The notes beneath the pieces are model-generated. The model did no database searches. It had not been told where the DNA came from and saw only the letters and a list, made by a program, of their open reading frames with translations. Positions 43,362 to 51,045 of a stretch of DNA of 64,000 bases are shown here, one piece after another. The DNA is taken from positions 21,761 through 85,760 of the forward strand of contig CAYWRY010000001.1 of the NCBI GenBank assembly GCA_964460485.1. Direction: 5' to 3'. How positions within the stretch are numbered: position 1 is the first letter of the stretch; each line of letters opens with the position of its first letter. Origin of the DNA: an uncultured Spirochaetales bacterium. GTDB lineage: Bacteria > Myxococcota_A > UBA9160 > UBA6930. The translations under genes were made by a program, and so were the position numbers.

Positions 43362-43384
43362 CGCCCTCGCGCCTGCGGAGGGCG
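43362..43384 (+). terminator. hairpin immediately after the hsp20 stop (possible terminator; marks the right end of the island)
   Basis: CGCCCTC-gcgcctgcg-GAGGGCG: 7-bp stem, 9-nt loop, no U tract. Confidence 0.35.
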
Positions 43385-43428
43385 AACGCGTGCGCCGCCG
43401 CGGCGCGCAGGCGCTCTAAGATGCGCGC

Positions 43429-44373
43429 GTGCCGTCGCCCATCCACGCCTACGTCCCCTTCGCCGCCGCGCTGCGGCCACTGCTGGAGAAGCACTTCCCA
43501 GGCCGCGAGGTCGTCTGCTGGAGCAAGCCCGAAGAGTTCGCCGCAGGCCTCGGCGAGGCGACCTACCTGTTCGCGCTGCTCCCGCCCCGCGACCAGTGGG
43601 CGCGCGCCGAGAAGCTGCGGCTGATCCAGGCTTTCGGTGCGGGCGTCGACTACCTGCTGCCGGCCGTCGGGCTGCCGGAGCGCGTCGTGATCGCCAATCA
43701 GCGCGGCATGTCGGCGGAGCCCATGGCCGAGTTCGCGCTCGCGCTGGTGCTCGCGCTCGTGAAGCGGCTGCCGGTCTTCGTGAGCGCCCAGCGCGCGCAC
43801 CGCTGGGAGCGACATCTGCCCGAGCGCGCGGCGGGGAAGACGCTCGGCGTGCTCGGCCTCGGTGCGATCGGGCTCGCGCTCGCCGAGCGCGCCCACGCGC
43901 TCGGCATGCGCGTGATCGGCACCCAGCGCGTGCCGAAGGAGCATCCGGCGGTCGCGCGCGTCGAGCCCCAGTCGGGCACCGAGCGCGTGCTCGCGGAGAG
44001 CGACGTGGTGGTGATCCTCGTGCCGCTCACGGACGAGACGCGTGGCTCGATCGGCGCAGCGCAGCTCGCGCGCATGAAGCCCAGCGCGTACCTCGTCAAC
44101 CTCGCGCGCGGTGGCATCGTCGACGAGGCGGCGCTGGGACGCGCGCTGGCGGACGGCCGGATCGCCGGCGCGGCCTTCGACGTGTTCGCCACCGAGCCGC
44201 TGCCTGCCGACCACCCGCTCTGGGACGCGCCGAACTTCTGGGTGACGCCGCACGTCGCCGGCGGCTTCCCCGAGCTGCTCGAGACGTCGGTGCGCCTGTT
44301 CGCAGACAACGTCGCGCGGCTCGAGCGGGGCGAGGCGGTGGCCTCGGCGGTCGACCGCGTGCGGGGGTATTAG
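43429..44373 (+). CDS. D-isomer-specific 2-hydroxyacid dehydrogenase family protein
   Basis: Full ORF, 314 aa, GTG start. Contains GVLGLGAIG, LVNLARGGIVDE and TPHVAG. Confidence 0.85.
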   Translation: MPSPIHAYVPFAAALRPLLEKHFPGREVVCWSKPEEFAAGLGEATYLFALLPPRDQWARAEKLRLIQAFGAGVDYLLPAVGLPERVVIANQRGMSAEPMAEFALALVLALVKRLPVFVSAQRAHRWERHLPERAAGKTLGVLGLGAIGLALAERAHALGMRVIGTQRVPKEHPAVARVEPQSGTERVLAESDVVVILVPLTDETRGSIGAAQLARMKPSAYLVNLARGGIVDEAALGRALADGRIAGAAFDVFATEPLPADHPLWDAPNFWVTPHVAGGFPELLETSVRLFADNVARLERGEAVASAVDRVRGY

Positions 44374-44477
44374 GGTCGCGTGCGCGCCTTGCAGCTCTCG
44401 CGCAGCCTCGCGAGCAGGGGCGTACGCCGGCGCGTCGCGCCCGTGCTCGCGGGCGCCGCGCGGATGCGAGCCGCCTC

Positions 44478-45641
44478 GTGAGCACGCGCCCCCTCGAGCG
44501 CGCGCGTGCGAACCGGGCCATCAGCTTCTACGAGCTGGCCGACCGCCTGCTGTTGCGGCCGCTCGGTCCGGAGCTGGGCCACAAGCTGGCGCTGCTCGCG
44601 CTCGCCGCGCGCTTCTCCTTCGCGACGCCACAGGTGAACGATCCGTATCCCTGGCGGGGCCTCACCTTCCCGAATCGCGTGGGCGTCGCCGCGGGCTTCG
44701 ACAAGAACGGCTTCGCGCTCACGGGGCTCGCCGAGATCGGCGCCGGTTTCGCCGAGATCGGAACGATCCTCACGCGACCCTGGCCCGGCAACGCGCTGCG
44801 GCCGCGCATGGCGCGGCTCGACTCCGTGCGCGGCATCTGGAACCGCCTCGGCTTCCCGAGCATCGGCGTCGCGCGCGTCGCGGAACGTCTCGCCCGCTTC
44901 CGGCGCGGCGACATTCTGATCGGCTGCAACATCGCTCCGCACCCGCTGACGCTGCGCGCGGCCGGAGAGCCGGGCTTCGCGGCTCGCGTCCGCGCAGAGC
45001 TGGACGAGCTCGTCACGCAGCTTCACCCGTTCGCGAAGTTCTTCGTGGTCAACATGAGCTCGCCGAACACGAGCGGCCTGCGCGGCGTGCTCTACGGCGA
45101 GGGCTTCGCCCAGGAGATCGTCGCGCCGCTGCGCGCGCGGGTGGTGCGGCTCTCGGAGGAGCGCGGGCAGAAGTGGCCCACGCCGCTGCTCGTGAAGCTT
45201 CCGCCCGAGACCCCGGAGCGCGAGCCGTGGACCGCCGCGACGCTGCGCCCGCTCGCCGGCCCGCTCGCCCACGCCGAGGTGTGCGACGGCTTCGTCGCCG
45301 TGAACACGTCCAGCGGGCTCGCGCTGCAGAAGGCGCCGGCGGCGCGGCCCGACGCGCCGGGCGGCGTCTCGGGGGCGCCGCTCTTCCCGCTCGCGCTCGG
45401 CGCGATGCGCGCGCTGGTGGAGATCGCATTGCCGGGGCAGCTGCGCATCGGCGTCGGCGGCGTGATGCGGCCCGAGGATGCGGTCGCCCTCGTCGACGTG
45501 GGCGCGAACCTGGTCGAGCTCTACTCGGGGATGATCTATCAGGGGCCGACGCTCCTCTGGAAGTGCGCCGACGCGGTGCAGGAGTACGCCGAGGTGGTGG
45601 AATACGGGCTCCCGCCGCGCGCGGAGCGGCCGAAGCTCTGA
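44478..45641 (+). CDS. pyrD: dihydroorotate dehydrogenase (quinone, class 2-like)
   Basis: C-terminal 387 aa of ORF 43596..45641. GTG at 44478, start uncertain. Contains AAGFDKNG, NMSSPNTSGLR and GVGGV. Confidence 0.75.
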   Translation: MSTRPLERARANRAISFYELADRLLLRPLGPELGHKLALLALAARFSFATPQVNDPYPWRGLTFPNRVGVAAGFDKNGFALTGLAEIGAGFAEIGTILTRPWPGNALRPRMARLDSVRGIWNRLGFPSIGVARVAERLARFRRGDILIGCNIAPHPLTLRAAGEPGFAARVRAELDELVTQLHPFAKFFVVNMSSPNTSGLRGVLYGEGFAQEIVAPLRARVVRLSEERGQKWPTPLLVKLPPETPEREPWTAATLRPLAGPLAHAEVCDGFVAVNTSSGLALQKAPAARPDAPGGVSGAPLFPLALGAMRALVEIALPGQLRIGVGGVMRPEDAVALVDVGANLVELYSGMIYQGPTLLWKCADAVQEYAEVVEYGLPPRAERPKL

Positions 45642-45642
45642 G

Positions 45643-46056
45643 CTAGGGCTCGCGCGGCTCGAGTCGAATCGCCACATGGCCGCCCGCGTCGGCGCCGCTC
45701 GCGCGCAGCAGCTCTTCAGACCAGCCGTACTTCGCCAGCATCAGCTCGTCGATGCGCGCGACGGACTCGGGCGCGTCGACCACCGTCGCGCGGAACGCGC
45801 GTGTCTGGCCGCTGCGCTCGAGCTCGACGTCGGGGTTCGAGCGGATGCGCGGCAGCCAGGTGGCGTTGCTCGCGCCCGTGCGCAGCCAGGCGTGGCCGGC
45901 GTCGTCCACGACCCAGAGTCGCGTCTCGTGTTCGCCGTCCTCGCCGTGCGAGTGCAGCACCACCACTTCGACGCGCTCGGCCATCGCCACGTACAGCACG
46001 CCGAGCGTCACGACCGCGAGTGCGAGCGCGAGCGCGAGGCCTTTCAGGATCTTCAC
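45643..46056 (-). CDS. membrane-anchored hypothetical protein
   Basis: Full ORF, 137 aa. N-terminal TM MKILKGLALALALAVVTLGVLYVA, followed by a protein-like soluble domain. No family recognised. Confidence 0.6.
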   Translation of the reverse strand: MKILKGLALALALAVVTLGVLYVAMAERVEVVVLHSHGEDGEHETRLWVVDDAGHAWLRTGASNATWLPRIRSNPDVELERSGQTRAFRATVVDAPESVARIDELMLAKYGWSEELLRASGADAGGHVAIRLEPREP

Positions 46057-46084
46057 GGGGACTCCTCGGAGGCGCGCGGGGAGG

Positions 46085-47056
46085 TCAGAGCGTCAGCACC
46101 ATCACCGCCTTCGCGGTGTGCATGCGGTTCTCGGCCTGGTCGAAGACGCGGCTGCGAGGATGCTCGAACACGTCGTCGTCCACCTCGCGCAGTTCCGGAT
46201 GGGCACGGCCGAACTCGGTCGCGTCGTCGTGGAGGGCCGGCAGGCAGTGCAGGTAGATCGTGTCGTCGCGGCCGGTGAGGGCCACCAGCTTGCGGGTCAC
46301 GCGGTAGTCGCGCAGCAGCGCGGCGCGCTCTGCGACCAGGTGCTCCTCGCCCATCGACACCCACACGTCGTTGTAGACCGCGTCGCAGCCCGACAGCGCC
46401 TCGTGGGGATCCTCGGTGATCGTGATGTCCGCGCCGACGGAAGCGTGCGCGAACAGCTCCTTCACCAGCGCGGGGCTGGGCTGCAGCGCGCGCGGCGCGA
46501 GCACGCGCAGGTCGACGCCCATCTTCGCCGCGCCCACCATCAGCGAGGTGACGACGTTGTTGCGGCCGTCGCCCACGTAGCAGAGCTTGGTGCCGCGGAT
46601 GTGCCCCACGTTCTCGCGCAGGGTGAGCAGGTCGGCGAGCACCTGCGTCGGGTGGTAGGTGTCGCACAGCGCGTTCCACACCGGAATCCCGGCGTGCTGG
46701 GAGAGCTCGCGCACGAGCGCGTGCTGGAAGCCGCGAAACACGATGCCGTCGAACAGGCGGCCGAGCACGCGCGCGATGTCCTTCACCGACTCCTTCTCGC
46801 CGAAGCGGATGTCGGCGGGCGGCAGCACCTCGAGGTTCGCGCCCTCGTCCGCGGCAGCCACCGCGAAGGACGCGCGCGTGCGCGCGGAGGGCTTCAGGAA
46901 GATCAACGCGATGTTCTTGTTGGCGAGGCGCCGCGGATAGATTCCGGCGCGGCGCGCGGCCTTCAGGTCGGCGGCGGTGTCGACCATCAACGCGATCTCG
47001 TCTGCGCTGAAGTCCCGCAGCGTGAGGAGACTGCGCCCCTTGAGTGAGATGGGCAT
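46085..47056 (-). CDS. argF: ornithine carbamoyltransferase
   Basis: C-terminal 323 aa of ORF 46085..47374, with AGGAG upstream. Contains KPSARTRASF, HPTQ, DVWVSMG and HCLPA. An anabolic versus catabolic (arcB) role cannot be decided from sequence. Confidence 0.9.
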   Translation of the reverse strand: MPISLKGRSLLTLRDFSADEIALMVDTAADLKAARRAGIYPRRLANKNIALIFLKPSARTRASFAVAAADEGANLEVLPPADIRFGEKESVKDIARVLGRLFDGIVFRGFQHALVRELSQHAGIPVWNALCDTYHPTQVLADLLTLRENVGHIRGTKLCYVGDGRNNVVTSLMVGAAKMGVDLRVLAPRALQPSPALVKELFAHASVGADITITEDPHEALSGCDAVYNDVWVSMGEEHLVAERAALLRDYRVTRKLVALTGRDDTIYLHCLPALHDDATEFGRAHPELREVDDDVFEHPRSRVFDQAENRMHTAKAVMVLTL

Positions 47057-47215
47057 GCTTCGCTCCTGCGCGGGGGCTGGGAGGCGACGCATCCTATCGA
47101 AGCGGTCCCGCGAGGCTACTAAGGTCCGCGCCACCCAGCGGAGCAGCGCGTCGCCCGGAGACGGGTTCGGGGAGCGAGGCGCCGCCGGCGACGAGGAGCC
47201 TCGGGGCGTCCGGGA

Positions 47216-47659
47216 ATGCGCGTCATCTATCTGAGCCCGGACGAGCTCGATGCGCCGCCGCCGCCCTATCGCACGGGGGCGGGCGGGCGCGTGTGGCTGA
47301 GCGAGCGCGGCGAGCTCGAAACGGACGAGCGAGTCCGCCTCTCCGCGAACACCGTGCACGCGCTCGAGGGCCACGGCGTGCTGGAAGCGCTCAACCGCCT
47401 GCCGCTCGAGCTCGGCCGGCTTGGTGGGGGCCGCGACGTGCTCGTGCCGCAGTCCGCGCTCGACGACGCGGCCGACATCCTCAGCGAGGCCGACCGCAAG
47501 ACCTACGGGGCCAGCTACGAGTTCGTCGTCGCGCAGGGGGATGGCGTCGAGTGGCGCATCCGCATCGAGAACCGCGAGTACCAGCGCGCGCTGGCGCGGC
47601 TGCGCGATCTGATCGTCGCCGCCAGCCGCCAGGGCTTCGCGGTGTGGCTGCGAATCTGA
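47216..47659 (+). CDS. hypothetical protein
   Basis: Full ORF, 147 aa, with balanced, protein-like composition (MRVIYLSPDELD...YEFVVAQGDGVEWRIRIENREYQRALARL). No family recognised. Confidence 0.55.
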   Translation: MRVIYLSPDELDAPPPPYRTGAGGRVWLSERGELETDERVRLSANTVHALEGHGVLEALNRLPLELGRLGGGRDVLVPQSALDDAADILSEADRKTYGASYEFVVAQGDGVEWRIRIENREYQRALARLRDLIVAASRQGFAVWLRI

Positions 47660-47819
47660 GGGCGAGCGCGCAGCGCGCTAGCTCAGTTCGTGAAGCCGCG
47701 CGCGATCCGCGCCGCGACGCAGTGCAGATCTCGCGCAGAGAGCCGCAGGCCAATGGAGCCCGAAAAGACTGGCCGCCGCCGCGCTGGCCCTGATACACAG
47801 CGCGCCTCACGAGGTACGC

Positions 47820-48647
47820 ATGCCCGCATCGCCGCTCGTCTCCGAGCCGTCCCCCGGCGTTCGGCTGATCACGTTGAATCGCCCGGAGAAGAAGAACGCG
47901 TTCGACGACGCGCAATGGGACGGCTTCGCGGACGCGCTGCGCGCGGCGAACGCCGACGACGATGTGGCGGCCGCGGTCGTCACCGGCGCGGGCGGCGACT
48001 TCTCGGCGGGCGTCGACCTGAGCTCCTTCGCCGGTGGGCTGCGCGCGCGCCCGGGGCCCTTCGCGAGCGGCTACGACAACACCATGGACGCGCTCGTCGC
48101 CTTCGAGAAGCCGCTGCTCGCCGCGGCGAGCGGCGTGTGCGTCGGCTTCGGCGCGACCTTCCTCTTCCACTGCGATTGCGTCCATCTCGGCGAGAGCGCG
48201 CGGCTGCGACTGCCGTTCGTACGGCTCGGCCTCGTGCCGGAGGGCGCGAGCAGCTTCCTGCTGCAGGCGCTCGTGGGGCCACGCCGCGCCGGCGAGCTGA
48301 TGTACACGGCCGCGTGGATCCCCGCGGCCCGCGCGCTCGAGCTCGGGCTCGCGACCTCGGTGCACGGTGACGCCGACGTGCTCGAGGTGGCGTTGCGCCG
48401 GGCGCGCGAGATCGCGCAGTTCCCGGTGTCGGCGCTGCGCGAGACGAAGCGCACGCTGAAGGCGGGCCTCGCGGCGGGCGTGCGCGGCGCGCTCGCCGCG
48501 GAGGCGGCCGGCATGAGGGCGCAGGCCGGCTCGGTCGAGAACGTGGAGGCCGTGCGCGCGTTCATCGAAAAGCGCGAGCCGGACTATCGGGCGGCGCGCG
48601 CCAGGGCGCGCGAGGCCCGCGCGGGCGGCGCGCGGGAGAAGACGTGA
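47820..48647 (+). CDS. enoyl-CoA hydratase/isomerase family protein
   Basis: Full ORF, 275 aa. Contains ITLNRPEKKNAF, VVTGAGGDFSAGVDL and GFGATFL. Confidence 0.85.
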   Translation: MPASPLVSEPSPGVRLITLNRPEKKNAFDDAQWDGFADALRAANADDDVAAAVVTGAGGDFSAGVDLSSFAGGLRARPGPFASGYDNTMDALVAFEKPLLAAASGVCVGFGATFLFHCDCVHLGESARLRLPFVRLGLVPEGASSFLLQALVGPRRAGELMYTAAWIPAARALELGLATSVHGDADVLEVALRRAREIAQFPVSALRETKRTLKAGLAAGVRGALAAEAAGMRAQAGSVENVEAVRAFIEKREPDYRAARARAREARAGGAREKT

Positions 48648-49492
48648 GCAAGCCCGTCGCGTTCATCACCGGTGCCTCGCGCGGAATCGGCAAGGCGACT
48701 GCTCTCGCGCTCGCCGAGCGGGGTTACGACCTCGTGATCTCCGCGCGCAGCGTCCACGGCGGCGAGCAGCACGAGTACTCGCCCACCGCGCAGCATTCGC
48801 TCTTGCGGGCGATGCCGGGCAGCCTCGCCGAGACCGAGCAGCTCGCGCGCGCGCGCGGCGCCGAGGTACGGGCGCTGCCCATGGACCTGCTCGACCGCGA
48901 GAGCACGCGCGCCGCGGCGCGAGGCGCGCTCGCCGCGTTCGGGCGCGTCGACGTGCTGGTGAACAACGCGATCTATCAGGGTCCGGGCGTGATGGACCGC
49001 GTGCTCGCGCTCGACCTAGAGCACGTCGAACGCGTGCTGCTCGGCAACGTCACCCATCAGCTGCTGGTGGTGCAGGAGATCCTGCCGCACATGCTCGCCC
49101 GCAAGCGCGGGGCGATCGTGAACCTCGTCTCCGCGGCGGGCATGGGCGACCCGCCGCCGGGTAGCGGCGCCTGGGGCTTCGCCTACGGCGCGTCCAAGGC
49201 GGCGCTGATCCGCATGGCGGGCGTGCTCGCTTCGGAGCACGCCGGCGCGGGCGTCTCCTTCTTCAACCTCGAGCCGGGGCTGGTGCTCACCGAATCCATG
49301 CGCGAGCAGGGGCTCACGGAAGATCTCCTGCGCGCGGTGCCCGGCGGCGGCGCGCCGCCGGTGGTGCCCGCGGCGGTGATCGCCTGGCTCGTCACGAGCC
49401 CCGACGCGGCGCGCTGGCACGGCAAGACGATCCACGCGCAGCCTGCGGCGAAGGAGCTGCGCCTCGTGCCGGGCTGGCCGGCCGAGGCGTGA
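48644..49492 (+). CDS. SDR-family oxidoreductase
   Basis: Full ORF, 282 aa, GTG start overlapping the upstream stop. Contains ITGASRGIG, NNA and YGASKAAL. Confidence 0.85.
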   Translation: MSKPVAFITGASRGIGKATALALAERGYDLVISARSVHGGEQHEYSPTAQHSLLRAMPGSLAETEQLARARGAEVRALPMDLLDRESTRAAARGALAAFGRVDVLVNNAIYQGPGVMDRVLALDLEHVERVLLGNVTHQLLVVQEILPHMLARKRGAIVNLVSAAGMGDPPPGSGAWGFAYGASKAALIRMAGVLASEHAGAGVSFFNLEPGLVLTESMREQGLTEDLLRAVPGGGAPPVVPAAVIAWLVTSPDAARWHGKTIHAQPAAKELRLVPGWPAEA

Positions 49493-50997
49493 GCGCGCGC
49501 CGGCGCCTGGCGCTCGCGCTGCTCGCGGCGGCGCTCACCACCTGCGCGTTTCCGCCGCTCGGCGTCTGGCCGCTCGCGCTCGTCATGCTCGCGCCGCTCG
49601 CGCTCGCGCTCGCGAGCGCCGGGCCGCTCGCGGCGTTCGCCGTCACCTTCCTCTACTCGCTGGCGATGGGCCTTTCGATCGTGCGCTGGCTCGTGCATGC
49701 GCTGGCCGGCGGTTACGGCGTCGCTGCCGCCTCCGCCTGGGCCTTCACGGCCGGGCTCGTGGCGCTCTACGCGCTCGCGCCGGCCGCGGCGATGGCGGCC
49801 TTCGCCGCGCTGCGCCCGCGGCTCTCGCCCGCGCTCGCGCCGCTCGCCTTGGCGGCGCTCTACGCGTTCTCCGAGTGGCTGCGCGGCGCGCCGCTCGGAC
49901 TGCCGTGGCTCTACGCTGCCCACGCCCTGGCGCCCGCGGCGAGCCTGATCCAGAGCGCGGATCTGTTCGGCGCGGCGGGCGTCAGCTTCCTCGCCGTCGC
50001 GCTCGCGAGCGGAATCGGCTTTGCCGTCGCTGCGCGCGACTGGCGGCCGCTCGCGGCGCCCGTTGCGCTGTGGGTGCTCGCGCTCTCCTACGGCGCGGCG
50101 CGGGTGGCGACGCTCGCGGAGGGGGAGCTGCTGCGCGTGGGGGTGGTGCAAGCGTCGATCGCGCAAGCACAGCGCTGGCGCGAGGGGCTCGCCCTGGCTC
50201 ACGTCGAGGACCAGCTCGCGCTCACGCGGGAGCTGCTCGATCGCGCCGGCGAGCTCGACGTCGTCGTGTGGCCCGAGACGGCGATCGACGACGTGCTCGA
50301 GCGCGACGCGCGCCTGCTCGCCGCGCTGCGCCGGCAGGTGGAGGCGAGTCGCGTGCCCATCGTCGCGGGCGCCCAGCGCCAGATCGGCGGCGTCTCGAAC
50401 TCGGCGTTCCTCGTCATCCCGCGCGCCGGCCTGATCGAGAGCTACGAGAAGCAGCGCCTCGTGCCCTTCGCCGAGTACGCGCCGGCGTGGGGCGGCCCGC
50501 TGAGCGGGCTGCTCGCGCCGCTCGGCGAGCGCATTCCGTATCGCGCCGGCACGCAGGCCCGAGTCTTCCGTCGCCTCGGCACGCCGTTCGCGACGCCGAT
50601 CTGCTTCGAGATCACCGACGCCGCGCTGGTGCGCCGGCTCGCGACGAGCGGCGCGCGCGTGCTCTTCAATCTCTCCAACGACGCGTGGTTCGGGCGCACC
50701 GGCTACGCGGAGATGCACCTCGCCCACGCCGTCTTCCGCGCCGTCGAGCTGCGCACGCCCGTGGTGCGCGCGACGAGCTCGGGCGTCTCGGCACTGATCG
50801 ACGCGCGCGGCGCGGTGACCGAGCGCCTCGGCGTCGGCGCGCGCGGCTCGCTGCGCGGCGCCGTGCGCGCGAACGCGACGCCCAGCGCGGTCGCGCGCTG
50901 GGGCGACGCCCCGGGTCTCGGCGTGCTGGCGCTCGCCACGGCGCTGCCGGTCGCGCTGCGGCGGCGAATGCGGGAGCGCGGCAAAGCGCGAGCGTGA
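49489..50997 (+). CDS. lnt: apolipoprotein N-acyltransferase
   Basis: Full ORF, 502 aa. N-terminal multi-TM region, then a CN-hydrolase domain with WPETA, KQRLVPFAEY and PICFE. Confidence 0.85.
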   Translation: MSARRRLALALLAAALTTCAFPPLGVWPLALVMLAPLALALASAGPLAAFAVTFLYSLAMGLSIVRWLVHALAGGYGVAAASAWAFTAGLVALYALAPAAAMAAFAALRPRLSPALAPLALAALYAFSEWLRGAPLGLPWLYAAHALAPAASLIQSADLFGAAGVSFLAVALASGIGFAVAARDWRPLAAPVALWVLALSYGAARVATLAEGELLRVGVVQASIAQAQRWREGLALAHVEDQLALTRELLDRAGELDVVVWPETAIDDVLERDARLLAALRRQVEASRVPIVAGAQRQIGGVSNSAFLVIPRAGLIESYEKQRLVPFAEYAPAWGGPLSGLLAPLGERIPYRAGTQARVFRRLGTPFATPICFEITDAALVRRLATSGARVLFNLSNDAWFGRTGYAEMHLAHAVFRAVELRTPVVRATSSGVSALIDARGAVTERLGVGARGSLRGAVRANATPSAVARWGDAPGLGVLALATALPVALRRRMRERGKARA

Positions 50998-51045
50998 GCG
51001 CGGTGCGCGCGCGTCGCGAACGATCCTCGACCGAGCGCCGCGCCG

